A stretch of DNA of 64,000 nucleotides from Candidatus Aenigmatarchaeota archaeon (GTDB lineage Archaea; Aenigmatarchaeota; Aenigmatarchaeia; CG10238-14; SpSt-28). The translations under genes and the position numbers were made by a program. The stretch's first letter is position 1, and each line of letters opens with the position of its first letter. The DNA lies in assembly GCA_038997165.1 (NCBI GenBank), contig JAWBAK010000001.1:440917-504916 (forward strand), in the 5' to 3' direction. Under the pieces are notes generated by a model, which made no database searches, was not told the origin of the DNA, and worked only from the letters and a program-made list of their open reading frames with translations. Below, one piece after another: positions 44,629-55,130 of this stretch.

Positions 44629-45727
44629 AATATATGAAAGTTTACCGGAAAATTTGAAGAAAAAAATAGATGATGCTATAAAAAAATTTAATTTAAAAGA
44701 GGAAAAAAAAGAAAAATTAATTTTAAGAGTATATGAAGAATATTTAAAGAATTTAGTTGAACCAAATGAAAGTATTGGAATTTTAACAACTCAAAGTGTT
44801 AGCGAACCAGCAACTCAAGCAACAATGAGAGTATATCATCTTGCTGGTACTGTTGGTTTAAAAATTACACTAGGTTTGCCAAGATTAATAGAGTTATTTG
44901 ATGCAAGAAAGGAAATTTCTTCTCCAACAATGATAATATATTTGAAAGAAGAATATAATAATGAAGAAAAAGCATATGAACTTGCAAATAGTATAATAGA
45001 AAAAAAATTAGAAGATTTAGCTTCTCTAATAATAAATTTAAGTGATTTTACAATAGAAGTAATACCTAATAATAAGGAAGATTTTGAAGAAATATTTGAA
45101 AAATTAAAAGAAAAAACAAAGGTTTGTGAAATTGAAAAGCAAAAAAATAAAATAGTACTAATTCCCAAAAAAGAGTATGAATTTAAAGATTTAAGAATTT
45201 TAAGAGATAGAATTTCAAAAATTACTATTAAAGGGATTAAAGGAATAGAAGCTGCAATAGTTAGCAAAGAAGGAAATAAATGGATTATACAAACTCAAGG
45301 AAGCAATTTAAAGGAAATATTAAAGCATCCTTGGGTTGATGAAACACTAACATATTCAAATAATCCGCATGAAGTTAAAGAAGTATTGGGAATAGAAGCT
45401 GCAAGAAATTTATTATTATTAGAAATATATAAAACATTACAACAACAAGGTTTAGATGTTAATGTAAGATTTTTATCTTTAGTTGCTGATACAATGTGTT
45501 TTAGCGGCGATATAATGCCAATAGGTAGATATGGTGTTGCAGGAAGAAAAGCTAGTGTTTTAGCAAGAGCTGGTTTTGAAGAAACCACAAAACATTTAAT
45601 AGAAGCTGGTGTAAAAAACTTAAAAGATGAATTAAAAGGATCTTTTGAAAATATTATGATTGGAAATATAGCAAAAGTAGGAACAGGAAGAGTAGAAATA
45701 ACAATAAAATATGGAGATAATAAGTGA
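44600..45727 (+). CDS. rpoA2: RNA polymerase subunit A'' (Rpo1C)
   Basis: EPATQATMR..H.AG, TLGLPRLIE, VLGIEAAR, SVLARAGFE, ENIMIG..AKVGTG. Confidence 0.95.
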
Positions 45728-45971
45728 AATAAAAGAAGAAATAAAAAAAGGTAAGGCAATTTATGGATTTAGAAAGTGTTTAAAATATTTAAAGTTAAAT
45801 GATCCTAAATTAGTTATAATAGCAAAAAATATTCCAGAAAATATGAAAAACGACATATTTAGTGCTGTTGAAGATAAGAAAAAAATAGTTCAAGTAGATA
45901 TGAGTAGCATCGAGCTAGGAGTTAGCTTAGGAAAACCATTTCCGATAAGTGTAATAGTAGTTAAAAAATGA
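45711..45971 (+). CDS. rpl30e: 50S ribosomal protein L30e
   Basis: L7Ae/L30e fold LVIIAKN, ELGVSLGKPF; canonical position after rpoA''. Confidence 0.88.
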   Translation: MEIISEIKEEIKKGKAIYGFRKCLKYLKLNDPKLVIIAKNIPENMKNDIFSAVEDKKKIVQVDMSSIELGVSLGKPFPISVIVVKK

Positions 45972-46369
45972 GAATTTTTGATAACGAAATAATAAGAATA
46001 ATTAATTTAGTTGAGAATTTATCAAATGTTAATGTAAAAGATGTTGTTATTTTTGATAATGTTATGTATATCGTTGTAGAGAAAAATCAAAGAGAAAAAT
46101 TAATTCATTTATTAGGTATTCTTAAAAAGATTTTAAACAAAGATATTAAAATATTGGAATACTCTTCAAATGTTTTTGAATTTTTAAAAGAATTAATTCC
46201 TTTTGTAAATTTTGTAAAAATAAAAAATTATAATGGAATTAAAGTAGCAGAAATAGGAATTAATAAGGTATATAAAGGAATAGTTTACGGAAGAAATAAA
46301 AGAAAACTTAAGTTATATAAAACTTTATTAGAAAGAATGTATAAAATTAACGAAATTAAAATTATTTAA
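45968..46369 (+). CDS. nusA: NusA-like KH-domain transcription factor
   Basis: KGIVYGRNK KH motif; canonical position between L30e and S12. Confidence 0.8.
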   Translation: MRIFDNEIIRIINLVENLSNVNVKDVVIFDNVMYIVVEKNQREKLIHLLGILKKILNKDIKILEYSSNVFEFLKELIPFVNFVKIKNYNGIKVAEIGINKVYKGIVYGRNKRKLKLYKTLLERMYKINEIKII

Positions 46370-46390
46370 ATTTTTATTAATAATTTAATA

Positions 46391-46813
46391 ATGCCAGGAG
46401 AATTTGCTGCAAGAAAATTGATAAAGAATAGAAAAAAATTTAGATGGAGTAAGTATGATTATAAATCTAGAGTTTTAGGTTTATGGAAAATGGATCCATT
46501 AGAAGGAGCACCACAAGCAAGAGGAATTGTAATTGAAAAGAGAGTTGTTGAACAAAAAAGACCCCATTCTGGATTAATAAAATGTGTAAGAGTTAAATTG
46601 ATAAAAAATGGAAGAGAATTGACAGCTTTTGTTCCAAAAAGTGGAAGTATTAATTTTATTAATGAGCATGATGAAGTAATTGTTGAACCATTAGGAGGAG
46701 CGCAAAAAGGTCCAATTGGAAGTATGTGGGGAATAAGATATAAAGTTATCGCAGTTAATGGTGTATCTTTGGATGCAATAAGAAAAGGTAAAAAGCAGAA
46801 GCCAGCAAGATGA
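46391..46813 (+). CDS. rps12: 30S ribosomal protein uS12
   Basis: [47 protein letters not shown]. Confidence 0.96.
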   Translation: MPGEFAARKLIKNRKKFRWSKYDYKSRVLGLWKMDPLEGAPQARGIVIEKRVVEQKRPHSGLIKCVRVKLIKNGRELTAFVPKSGSINFINEHDEVIVEPLGGAQKGPIGSMWGIRYKVIAVNGVSLDAIRKGKKQKPAR

Positions 46814-47406
46814 GCGAACTAAAATTATTCGGTAAATGGGATTGGAACGTTGAAGTAAAAGATATTGGATTAAAAAGATATATAAATCTAAAACCTTGTA
46901 TTATTCCTAGAACATATGGAAGATATAGTCAAATAAGATTTGGTAAAGCAAATATGAATATAGTAGAAAGATTAATTACTAAGATGATGGTACCTGGACA
47001 TAAGGGTAAAAAACATTTAGTTTCTTCAGCTAGATGTGTAGGAAAAACAGAAAAAATTATAAAAATAGTAAAAGAAGTTTTTGAAATAATTGAGAAAAAA
47101 ACTAAGAAAAATCCTATAGAAGTATTGGTAAGAGCTATAGAAAATGCTGCACCATTAGAAGAGCCAATATCTTATCAAGTTGGAGGAATTATTGCTAGAA
47201 CTGCTGTTATAGTTTCTCCGCAAAGAAGAGTTGATTTAGCGTTAAGAAATATTGTAAATTCTTGTTATAGAAGAAAAGTTGGTTTTACTAAAATGTCTGA
47301 ACTTTTAGCAGAAGAAATAATTGCTGCTGCTAATAACGATATTTCGAAAAGTTATGCATTAAAAGAGAAAGAAAGAATAGAAAAAGAAGCTGAAGGTGCT
47401 AAATAA
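46810..47406 (+). CDS. rps7: 30S ribosomal protein uS7
   Basis: [46 protein letters not shown]. Confidence 0.96.
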   Translation: MSELKLFGKWDWNVEVKDIGLKRYINLKPCIIPRTYGRYSQIRFGKANMNIVERLITKMMVPGHKGKKHLVSSARCVGKTEKIIKIVKEVFEIIEKKTKKNPIEVLVRAIENAAPLEEPISYQVGGIIARTAVIVSPQRRVDLALRNIVNSCYRRKVGFTKMSELLAEEIIAAANNDISKSYALKEKERIEKEAEGAK

Positions 47407-48196
47407 TTTTTTCTAATATTTCTCTTTGTTTTTCAGAAACTTTTTTAACAATATTTTCTAAATCTCTTGTATAGTGAATTATTAATTCTTTTCCTACTCT
47501 TCCCTGTAGCAAATCGATTTCATGCGATCTTAAATTATCAAAGAAACTTTCGAACGCCCTTCTAAAATCATATGGTTTAATATTATATTTTTTTAAATTT
47601 TTCCAATAACTTAGTTTTGATTTATATGCAATTTTTATATATTCAATGGCTTTTTCGTTTAAAATTGTTATAAAAACTTTTTTTGTCTTTCTTATTAATA
47701 ATAGTTCGAAAACATAGGCATCATATATTTTTTGTTTTTTAATTTTTTCAAAATTTTTTATAAAATAAATTAGTTCATGTGTTCTTAATCCTGTTAATAG
47801 ATGTAAAATTGTAGTTGCTTTTAATTTTTTTGGAAAATATTTAATTTTTTCAAGCAGTTCATCTTTATTAATTTTTTCTTCGAGTATTTTTGGAATTTTT
47901 GGTATATACCAGCTAATGTTTGCTTTTTTTCTTAGTTCATTAAATTTTTTATAATAAATATCTACATCATTTAATGCATCTAAGAATTTTGAATATGCTG
48001 CTAATGCCTGTAAAATATGTTTTTTTAAAGTTTTTTTATTTTCAGTAATTTTCTTAAATTCTATTGAAAAATCAACAGCATTTAAATTTAGTAAATATGA
48101 GTATTTTTTTGCATAGTTAACTAAATTGTTAATATGAGTTTTATTAGTGCATTTTAAACTTAGAAATTCTTTAAATTTGTTCCAATCTATTTGCAT
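47399..48196 (-). CDS. tyrosine recombinase/integrase (SSV1-integrase C-terminal-like)
   Basis: TGLRTHEL (Arg I), KTK, YDFRR (Arg II), IDLLQGR, C-terminal HY catalytic Tyr. Confidence 0.85.
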   Translation of the reverse strand: MQIDWNKFKEFLSLKCTNKTHINNLVNYAKKYSYLLNLNAVDFSIEFKKITENKKTLKKHILQALAAYSKFLDALNDVDIYYKKFNELRKKANISWYIPKIPKILEEKINKDELLEKIKYFPKKLKATTILHLLTGLRTHELIYFIKNFEKIKKQKIYDAYVFELLLIRKTKKVFITILNEKAIEYIKIAYKSKLSYWKNLKKYNIKPYDFRRAFESFFDNLRSHEIDLLQGRVGKELIIHYTRDLENIVKKVSEKQREILEKII

Positions 48197-48228
48197 AAAT
48201 TTTTAATTTTTATTTTCTAAAAAATATA

Positions 48229-48474
48229 ATGGAAGAGAGAATATTAAGAATAAACTTAAGAAAAGAATTGATTAAAAAACCAACATGGAATAGAAAAAAA
48301 TTATTAATGTTAAGATTAAAAGAAAAATTAAAAAGGATTTTAAAAGTTGATGAAATTAAAATAGGTAAAAATTTAAACGAATTTATTCAAAGACATAGCC
48401 CGAAAAAATTAACTTATAAATTTACTTTAAGAATTGAAAAAGAAGATAATATAGCAAAGGTTGATCTTGCATGA
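48229..48474 (+). CDS. rpl31e: 50S ribosomal protein L31e
   Basis: MEERILRINLR...P.W.R, IKIGKNLNEFI; precedes aIF6. Confidence 0.85.
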   Translation: MEERILRINLRKELIKKPTWNRKKLLMLRLKEKLKRILKVDEIKIGKNLNEFIQRHSPKKLTYKFTLRIEKEDNIAKVDLA

Positions 48475-49139
48475 AATACGAGCTTATAAATTATAATGGC
48501 GATTCAAATATTGGTATTTTTTTAAGAACATCCGAAGACATAACTTTAGTTCCTAAAAATATTGATAAAAAAATTACTGAAAAAATAGAAAAAATTCTTA
48601 AAACTGAAATTATTGAATGTAAAATTTGGGATTCATATTTACTTGGAATATTTTCGTGTTTAAATTCTAATGGATTAATTTTACCAAAAACAATTTTTGA
48701 TAATGAATTTAATTTTTTTAAATCGTTAGATTTAAATATTGGAATTATTGATTGCGATTATAATGCTATTGGAAACTTAATCCTTTGTAATGATTATTCT
48801 GCAATTGTAAGTCCATTAATTGATAAAGAAAGCTTAAAAATAATTAGAGATGTTTTAAATGTTGAGGTTATTGTTAGAAAAATAATGAAAAATAATTTGG
48901 TTGGTTCTATGGCTTATGTAACTAATAAGGGAATTTTATTTAATAGAAATATAAATGAGGATGAAGCAAAAGAAATTAGTGAAATATTTAAAGTGAAAAG
49001 ATATGGTGCAGGAAGTGTAAATATGGGAAATATTTATGTTTCTGTTGGTTTAATTGCAAATTCTAAAGGAATAATATTTGGAGAAAAAACTAGTCCTTAT
49101 GAAATTCAAATAGCATTAGAAGCTTTTGATTTTATTTAG
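48471..49139 (+). CDS. eif6: translation initiation factor aIF6
   Basis: NIGIF, NSNG, AIGNLILCND, VGS..VTNKG, GSVNMG...VGLIANSKG. Confidence 0.94.
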   Translation: MKYELINYNGDSNIGIFLRTSEDITLVPKNIDKKITEKIEKILKTEIIECKIWDSYLLGIFSCLNSNGLILPKTIFDNEFNFFKSLDLNIGIIDCDYNAIGNLILCNDYSAIVSPLIDKESLKIIRDVLNVEVIVRKIMKNNLVGSMAYVTNKGILFNRNINEDEAKEISEIFKVKRYGAGSVNMGNIYVSVGLIANSKGIIFGEKTSPYEIQIALEAFDFI

Positions 49140-49151
49140 TATATGTATATT

Positions 49152-49172
49152 TGAGGAAAAAATATATATTAG
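49152..49172 (+). promoter_or_regulatory. putative BRE/TATA promoter of the 16S transcript
   Basis: Purine run GAGGAAAAAA followed by TATATATTA about 25 nt upstream of the structured leader; AT-rich background weakens the call. Confidence 0.4.
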
Positions 49173-49281
49173 TGATTTAAAATATATTATAGGGCTTGTT
49201 CCGTCATTGTTTCGAGAGAGCATTTGCTCTATGAAGATGAGAAACAATATCCTACAAGCCTATAGTATCAGATGCCTTAAT

Positions 49282-49315
49282 GGCATCTGGTGATAGAGAA
49301 AAAGTTGTAGTGGTA

Positions 49316-49326
<11 letters not shown>
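49282..49326 (+). other. 5' strand of 16S pre-rRNA processing stem with BHB motif
   Basis: GGCATCTGGTGATAG-AGAA-(AAA)-GTTGTAGTGGTAATTCTGGCTGA pairs with 50790-50834. Confidence 0.9.
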
Positions 49327-50789
<1,463 letters not shown>

Positions 50790-50792
<3 letters not shown>

Positions 50793-50834
50793 GCTAGAAT
50801 TACCACTACAACTTCTAATCTATCACCAGATGCC
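50790..50834 (+). other. 3' strand of 16S pre-rRNA processing stem with BHB motif
   Basis: TCAGCTAGAATTACCACTACAAC-TTCT-(AAT)-CTATCACCAGATGCC, complementary to 49282-49326 (23 bp with one G.U, 4 bp, 15 bp). Confidence 0.9.
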
Positions 50835-50902
50835 AATTTCAAAAATTCTCAAAATTAATAAAAAATTCGAATTCTAAAAATAAATTATAGGTTAGATTAT
50901 AA

Positions 50903-50988
50903 GCGGGGGTCGCCTAGCCTGGCCAAGGGCGCTGGGTTGAGGTCCCAGTGGCTTAGTGCCTTCGTGGGTTCAAATCCCACCCCCCGCA
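50903..50988 (+). tRNA. tRNA-Leu(GAG)
   Basis: Acceptor GCGGGGG/CCCCCGC, anticodon arm CTGGG-TT GAG GT-CCCAG, long variable arm GGCTTAGTGCC, GTTCAAATC. Confidence 0.97.
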
Positions 50989-51021
50989 GTCGAATAATTG
51001 CTCTATACATTTTAATATTTT

Positions 51022-51741
51022 ATGGGCTATTTAGAAATAATTATATCATCAACAATATTTTTAATGTTATTGGTAACAGCTTTTCTTTTCTTGAATTATA
51101 GATTTCAAGAATATAAATATATAAATTCAGAAATTTTTTATAAAGAACTTTTGCTTTCATATTTTGATAGGCTAATATATTCTAATCCAAACGTTTATAA
51201 AGATTTGGTTATTAAAATTTTTGAAATTAATATTAGCGAAAGTGATAATCAAGTTATTTATATAAATTTCAATGTTAGTTGTGAAAAGAAAATAAATGTA
51301 ACATCTATAAGAATTTATAATTCTAATTTTTCTGAATTAGCATTTAAAATAAAAGATTATGATGTTTGTAGCGATAATAGTTTATATAGAGCTAATATAT
51401 CAATTTTTTTACAAAATTTTTCTAACAAAGAAATTTTATATGTTTTTATGTCATCTAGTTATGGAAATCCAATATTATATGATTTTGAAGAAAATTATAA
51501 AAATGCAAGTTATAAATATATAGGCACTATTACTTTAAAGGGTTTAGATCTTTTTACTTTTGAAAATATTGTAGAAGAATATTGTAAAAATAGAGGAGAA
51601 GTCGAGATAGAGGTTTTTGAAAATGAAAATATAATTATGAGTTGTAAAAAAAACAAAGCTGGAAATGTTTTTTCTTTTAATATGCCTATTTTATCGATTA
51701 ATGGAAAAAAACTAAATATAATTTTTAGAATTTTTGAATAA
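51022..51741 (+). CDS. N-terminally anchored exported protein (pilin-like)
   Basis: MGYLEIIISSTIFLMLLVTAFLFL hydrophobic N-terminus with Glu, followed by a sequon-rich beta domain. Confidence 0.7.
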   Translation: MGYLEIIISSTIFLMLLVTAFLFLNYRFQEYKYINSEIFYKELLLSYFDRLIYSNPNVYKDLVIKIFEINISESDNQVIYINFNVSCEKKINVTSIRIYNSNFSELAFKIKDYDVCSDNSLYRANISIFLQNFSNKEILYVFMSSSYGNPILYDFEENYKNASYKYIGTITLKGLDLFTFENIVEEYCKNRGEVEIEVFENENIIMSCKKNKAGNVFSFNMPILSINGKKLNIIFRIFE

Positions 51742-51742
51742 A

Positions 51743-52129
51743 ATGGAAAAATTTTTAGAATTGGCAATTTCTTTTACTATTTTATTATCTTTTATTTTTG
51801 TTTTTCTTTTTTATTCTTCCAATTTATATTTAGAAGATGATGAAATAATAAAAGTTAAAATTTATAATGTTTTAAACTCTTATAATCTTGAAATAAGAAG
51901 CTATGCGTTTTTAGGAAAAACAACTGAAATAGAAAATATTTTAAAAAATGAACTTCCAAAAATTTATGATTTTAAAGTTTTGATTTGTTATGAAAAAAAT
52001 TATGATGAATGCTTTAAAAATATAAAGTTTAATGCAAATAACGTTTTTTCTGTAAGTTATTTTTTTTCATCTAACTTTACTAACTATGAAAATATTGAAT
52101 TAATAATATATGCTTGGAAAAAAATTTAA
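51743..52129 (+). CDS. N-terminally anchored exported protein (pilin-like)
   Basis: ATG 51743, MEKFLELAISFTILLSFIFVFLFY. Confidence 0.7.
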   Translation: MEKFLELAISFTILLSFIFVFLFYSSNLYLEDDEIIKVKIYNVLNSYNLEIRSYAFLGKTTEIENILKNELPKIYDFKVLICYEKNYDECFKNIKFNANNVFSVSYFFSSNFTNYENIELIIYAWKKI

Positions 52130-52670
52130 ATCACAATTTTTTATAATTGCAACAGGAATATTTATATTAATTTTTAGTGTTAACTTTTTTTATTTTGGAT
52201 ATTTAAGTAAAAAAACTAATTATCCAAGCAATTTAATAATTTTAAGAACTATCGATAATTATCTAACAGAAGCAAACCTTCTTTTGGAAAATGAAAAAAT
52301 TTCAGAATTTTTTAGTTTTTCAGAATTTTTTATTAATACTTCTAAAAAAAGAAATTTTATTATAGAAGTTTTGTTTTCAAATATTAGTTTAGATTCTTCT
52401 CAAAAAAAGATTAATTTTGAAATATATCTTTTTTCTGAAAGAGAATATTTTTTAAATATTTCTTCTGATATAGATTTCTTAGCTTTTAATTTAGAGCCAA
52501 GAATTTTAAAAAATATAAATATTAGTTTTGAAAATTCTCAATTAATTAATATAACTATTTTTAATTCATCTTTTTTTATAGTAAATTGTGAATCAAATTG
52601 CAAATTTTTAATTTCTATGGGTTATAAAGATGATATAAAAATAATTAAATCTTTGCTTTTGAAAAGCTAA
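52110..52670 (+). CDS. pilin-like protein with KSQ-type class III signal
   Basis: MLGKKFKSQFFIIATGIFILIF; many N-x-S/T sequons. Confidence 0.7.
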   Translation: MLGKKFKSQFFIIATGIFILIFSVNFFYFGYLSKKTNYPSNLIILRTIDNYLTEANLLLENEKISEFFSFSEFFINTSKKRNFIIEVLFSNISLDSSQKKINFEIYLFSEREYFLNISSDIDFLAFNLEPRILKNINISFENSQLINITIFNSSFFIVNCESNCKFLISMGYKDDIKIIKSLLLKS

Positions 52671-52687
52671 AGAGTAATTTTATATTT

Positions 52688-53152
52688 ATGAAATTATTAT
52701 CGGAATTTGTTTCGAAAGTTTTGATTTTTCTTATTTCTATTATAGCTATTTCTATAGCTTTACTTTTTTTAAATCCTATAATAGATAGGAATTTAAATTC
52801 TATTTCAATTCAAGAAGCCATTTCTAATATGAAAAAAATTGAAGCTATAAGTAAAGAAGTTTTAAGCGAAGCAATAGGATCTCAGAGAGTTTTAGAGATT
52901 AGAATTTATAGAGGTATTTTATATGTTAATAATAGTTCAATCGTTTATATTCTAGAATCAGATAATATTCCTTTAGAAGATTTTACTAAAAAAGATGGAA
53001 ATTTATTTATTAAAAAAATTGGTAATACTTTTTCTATAACTTTAAATTTTGAATATGCAAATATTGTTGGCAATGTTTATTTATCTAGTGGAAATCATAG
53101 AATATGTATTCTTAAAGATGCTGAGCTAACAATAAAAGTTTATGTTTGTTAA
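52688..53152 (+). CDS. pilin-like protein
   Basis: MKLLSEFVSKVLIFLISIIAISIALLFL; paralogous to 53161 (IGS..I.I..G.L.V, IVGN..S.G). Confidence 0.72.
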   Translation: MKLLSEFVSKVLIFLISIIAISIALLFLNPIIDRNLNSISIQEAISNMKKIEAISKEVLSEAIGSQRVLEIRIYRGILYVNNSSIVYILESDNIPLEDFTKKDGNLFIKKIGNTFSITLNFEYANIVGNVYLSSGNHRICILKDAELTIKVYVC

Positions 53153-53160
53153 AATTTTTT

Positions 53161-54027
53161 ATGAGATTAATATCTAATACAATATCTCTTTCTATTTATA
53201 TAATTTTATCACTTTTTTTAATATCTTTTTTTTTATCTATTACTTTTAAAGAATTAATTGAAAAATCTAGAATAAGTAGCACTTTTTTACAAGTAATAGA
53301 ACAATTAAGATTTTTAGATGCTACAATTTTATATTTAAACAGTTTAGATATAGGTTCAAAAACAAGTATAAAGATTTATATTCCAGAAGGAAGATTATTA
53401 GTTAAAGATGGTAAAATATTTTATGAATTAGAAACTGTTTCAACTTTTGAATTTCTTAAAAATATTGTAAGATCTTTTAAAAATTTGGCATTAATATTTA
53501 GAAATGTTAGTATAAAATGTGAAATTAGAGAAAATAATTGTTTAGAAAGCGAGGAATGCATTTTTTCTATGTATAAATTAAATAATTCTCATATAGCAGA
53601 TTGCAATTCTTTAAATTATCCTTATAAAATTTGTTGTAAAGATTTAGAAATTAGAAAAGCTGAGACTTGTTATGAAAAAGAGTCTGAAATTCTTAGAATT
53701 TTAAAAGATGAAAACTCTCATGCAGGTTTTAATAAATATTCCTTTAGAATTTGCTCATATCCAATAATTTTATGTTCTTTAAAGAATAAATGTAGCAATA
53801 ATGAAATTTGTGTAGCGTCTTTTTATAAAGATTTTAATTCTCATGCAGCTGTATGTAATTATTATCCAAATAATCTTTGTTGTTATTCTTCTATTTCAGA
53901 AATAGGTAAAATAATTCTAAGTTATTTAGATATAGAAATTATTGGTAATTTTGTAATTTCTAAAGGAGAATATACCTTAGTAATAGAAAAAATCGATTTT
54001 AATAAAATAAAAATTTATGTATTATGA
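53161..54027 (+). CDS. pilin-like protein with three Cys-rich NSH repeats
   Basis: ATG 53161, MRLISNTISLSIYIILSLF; repeats ..NSHIADC, ..NSHAGF, ..NSHAAVC. Confidence 0.75.
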   Translation: MRLISNTISLSIYIILSLFLISFFLSITFKELIEKSRISSTFLQVIEQLRFLDATILYLNSLDIGSKTSIKIYIPEGRLLVKDGKIFYELETVSTFEFLKNIVRSFKNLALIFRNVSIKCEIRENNCLESEECIFSMYKLNNSHIADCNSLNYPYKICCKDLEIRKAETCYEKESEILRILKDENSHAGFNKYSFRICSYPIILCSLKNKCSNNEICVASFYKDFNSHAAVCNYYPNNLCCYSSISEIGKIILSYLDIEIIGNFVISKGEYTLVIEKIDFNKIKIYVL

Positions 54028-54497
54028 AGTTAATATCTGCTTATATAGCAACAATTATAATAGTTTTAGTAACTCTTACTATTGGATTTTTTGTTTATAC
54101 TTGGTATTTTCAATTTTTTCAAAGAACTGGTGAAGAAATTGAAAGGATTGAAGAAAAACGAATTTCTTGCCAATTTGGTTCATTTATAGTTTTAACAGAA
54201 ACTCTAAATTGTACTTTTGAATTTTTAAATTTTTCTTTAAAAAACAATGGTTACATAGATTTATATAATTTGAAAGTTGTTGTTTTTGATGGAATAAAGA
54301 TGCATACATTAGATGTTTATGATGAAAATGGAAATATTGCTGATATTAATAATCCATTAAAGCCTAATACTGTTAACAATTATTATGTTAATATTTCTGG
54401 AATTTCTAAAATTTTAAGTTTAGAGTTTTTAACTCAATGTGCTAATGTAAATATAAAGATTAAAGACTTAAATATATCATGTACACAGAAAGAATAA
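54024..54497 (+). CDS. archaeal type IV pilin-like protein
   Basis: MKLISAYIATIIIVLVTLTIGFFVYTW closely parallels canonical KGISPLIAT; LKNNGYIDL. Confidence 0.8.
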   Translation: MKLISAYIATIIIVLVTLTIGFFVYTWYFQFFQRTGEEIERIEEKRISCQFGSFIVLTETLNCTFEFLNFSLKNNGYIDLYNLKVVVFDGIKMHTLDVYDENGNIADINNPLKPNTVNNYYVNISGISKILSLEFLTQCANVNIKIKDLNISCTQKE

Positions 54498-55093
54498 AAA
54501 CAATTAGTAGGGGAATAATATTAATAATTTTAGGTATTATAATAGGTATATATCCTTTTCAAATAGTTGGAAATTTTTTAGAGGTTGAAAGTATTAGGGC
54601 AAATACTAAAAAATTTTATGAGTTATTAATACCAAATTCTATTGTTAGTGTTGAAAGTGTAAAAAAGGAGGGAGAAATGTATAAAGTTTTAGTTAAGTTG
54701 ATTTTAAATAATAATGTTAATTATATTGAAGCGTGGGTATCTAAAGATTCAAATATTTTAGTTGAAGGTGTAATATACTTAAAAGATTCTATTAAAACTT
54801 TAGAAAAATATAAGAAATTTGTAGAATGTTTAAATAATAAAGGAGTAAAGATATATGGTTTATTAGATTCTCAAAATTATCCTGATGCTGCATTATTAAC
54901 TTCTAGACAACTAAATTTATTGGGAAGATATTCTTATTTAATTTTTGTTAGTTGCGATGGTGATATGATGCAAGCATGTATAAATTCTGGAATAACACAA
55001 TTTCCAGCAGTAGTTTATAATGATAAAGTTTATTTTGGAGTTGGAGATATTGATTGGTTTTCTAATTTAACTGGATGTAAATTTATTGATTAA
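54479..55093 (+). CDS. membrane-anchored exported protein with thioredoxin-like C-terminal domain
   Basis: N-terminal TM; FVECL..KGVKIYG...FVSC....C...GITQFPAVVY...G......LTGC. Confidence 0.7.
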   Translation: MYTERIKTISRGIILIILGIIIGIYPFQIVGNFLEVESIRANTKKFYELLIPNSIVSVESVKKEGEMYKVLVKLILNNNVNYIEAWVSKDSNILVEGVIYLKDSIKTLEKYKKFVECLNNKGVKIYGLLDSQNYPDAALLTSRQLNLLGRYSYLIFVSCDGDMMQACINSGITQFPAVVYNDKVYFGVGDIDWFSNLTGCKFID

Positions 55094-55130
55094 AAATAAA
55101 TTTAATTTATTGTTTAATTAAATTTTATTT

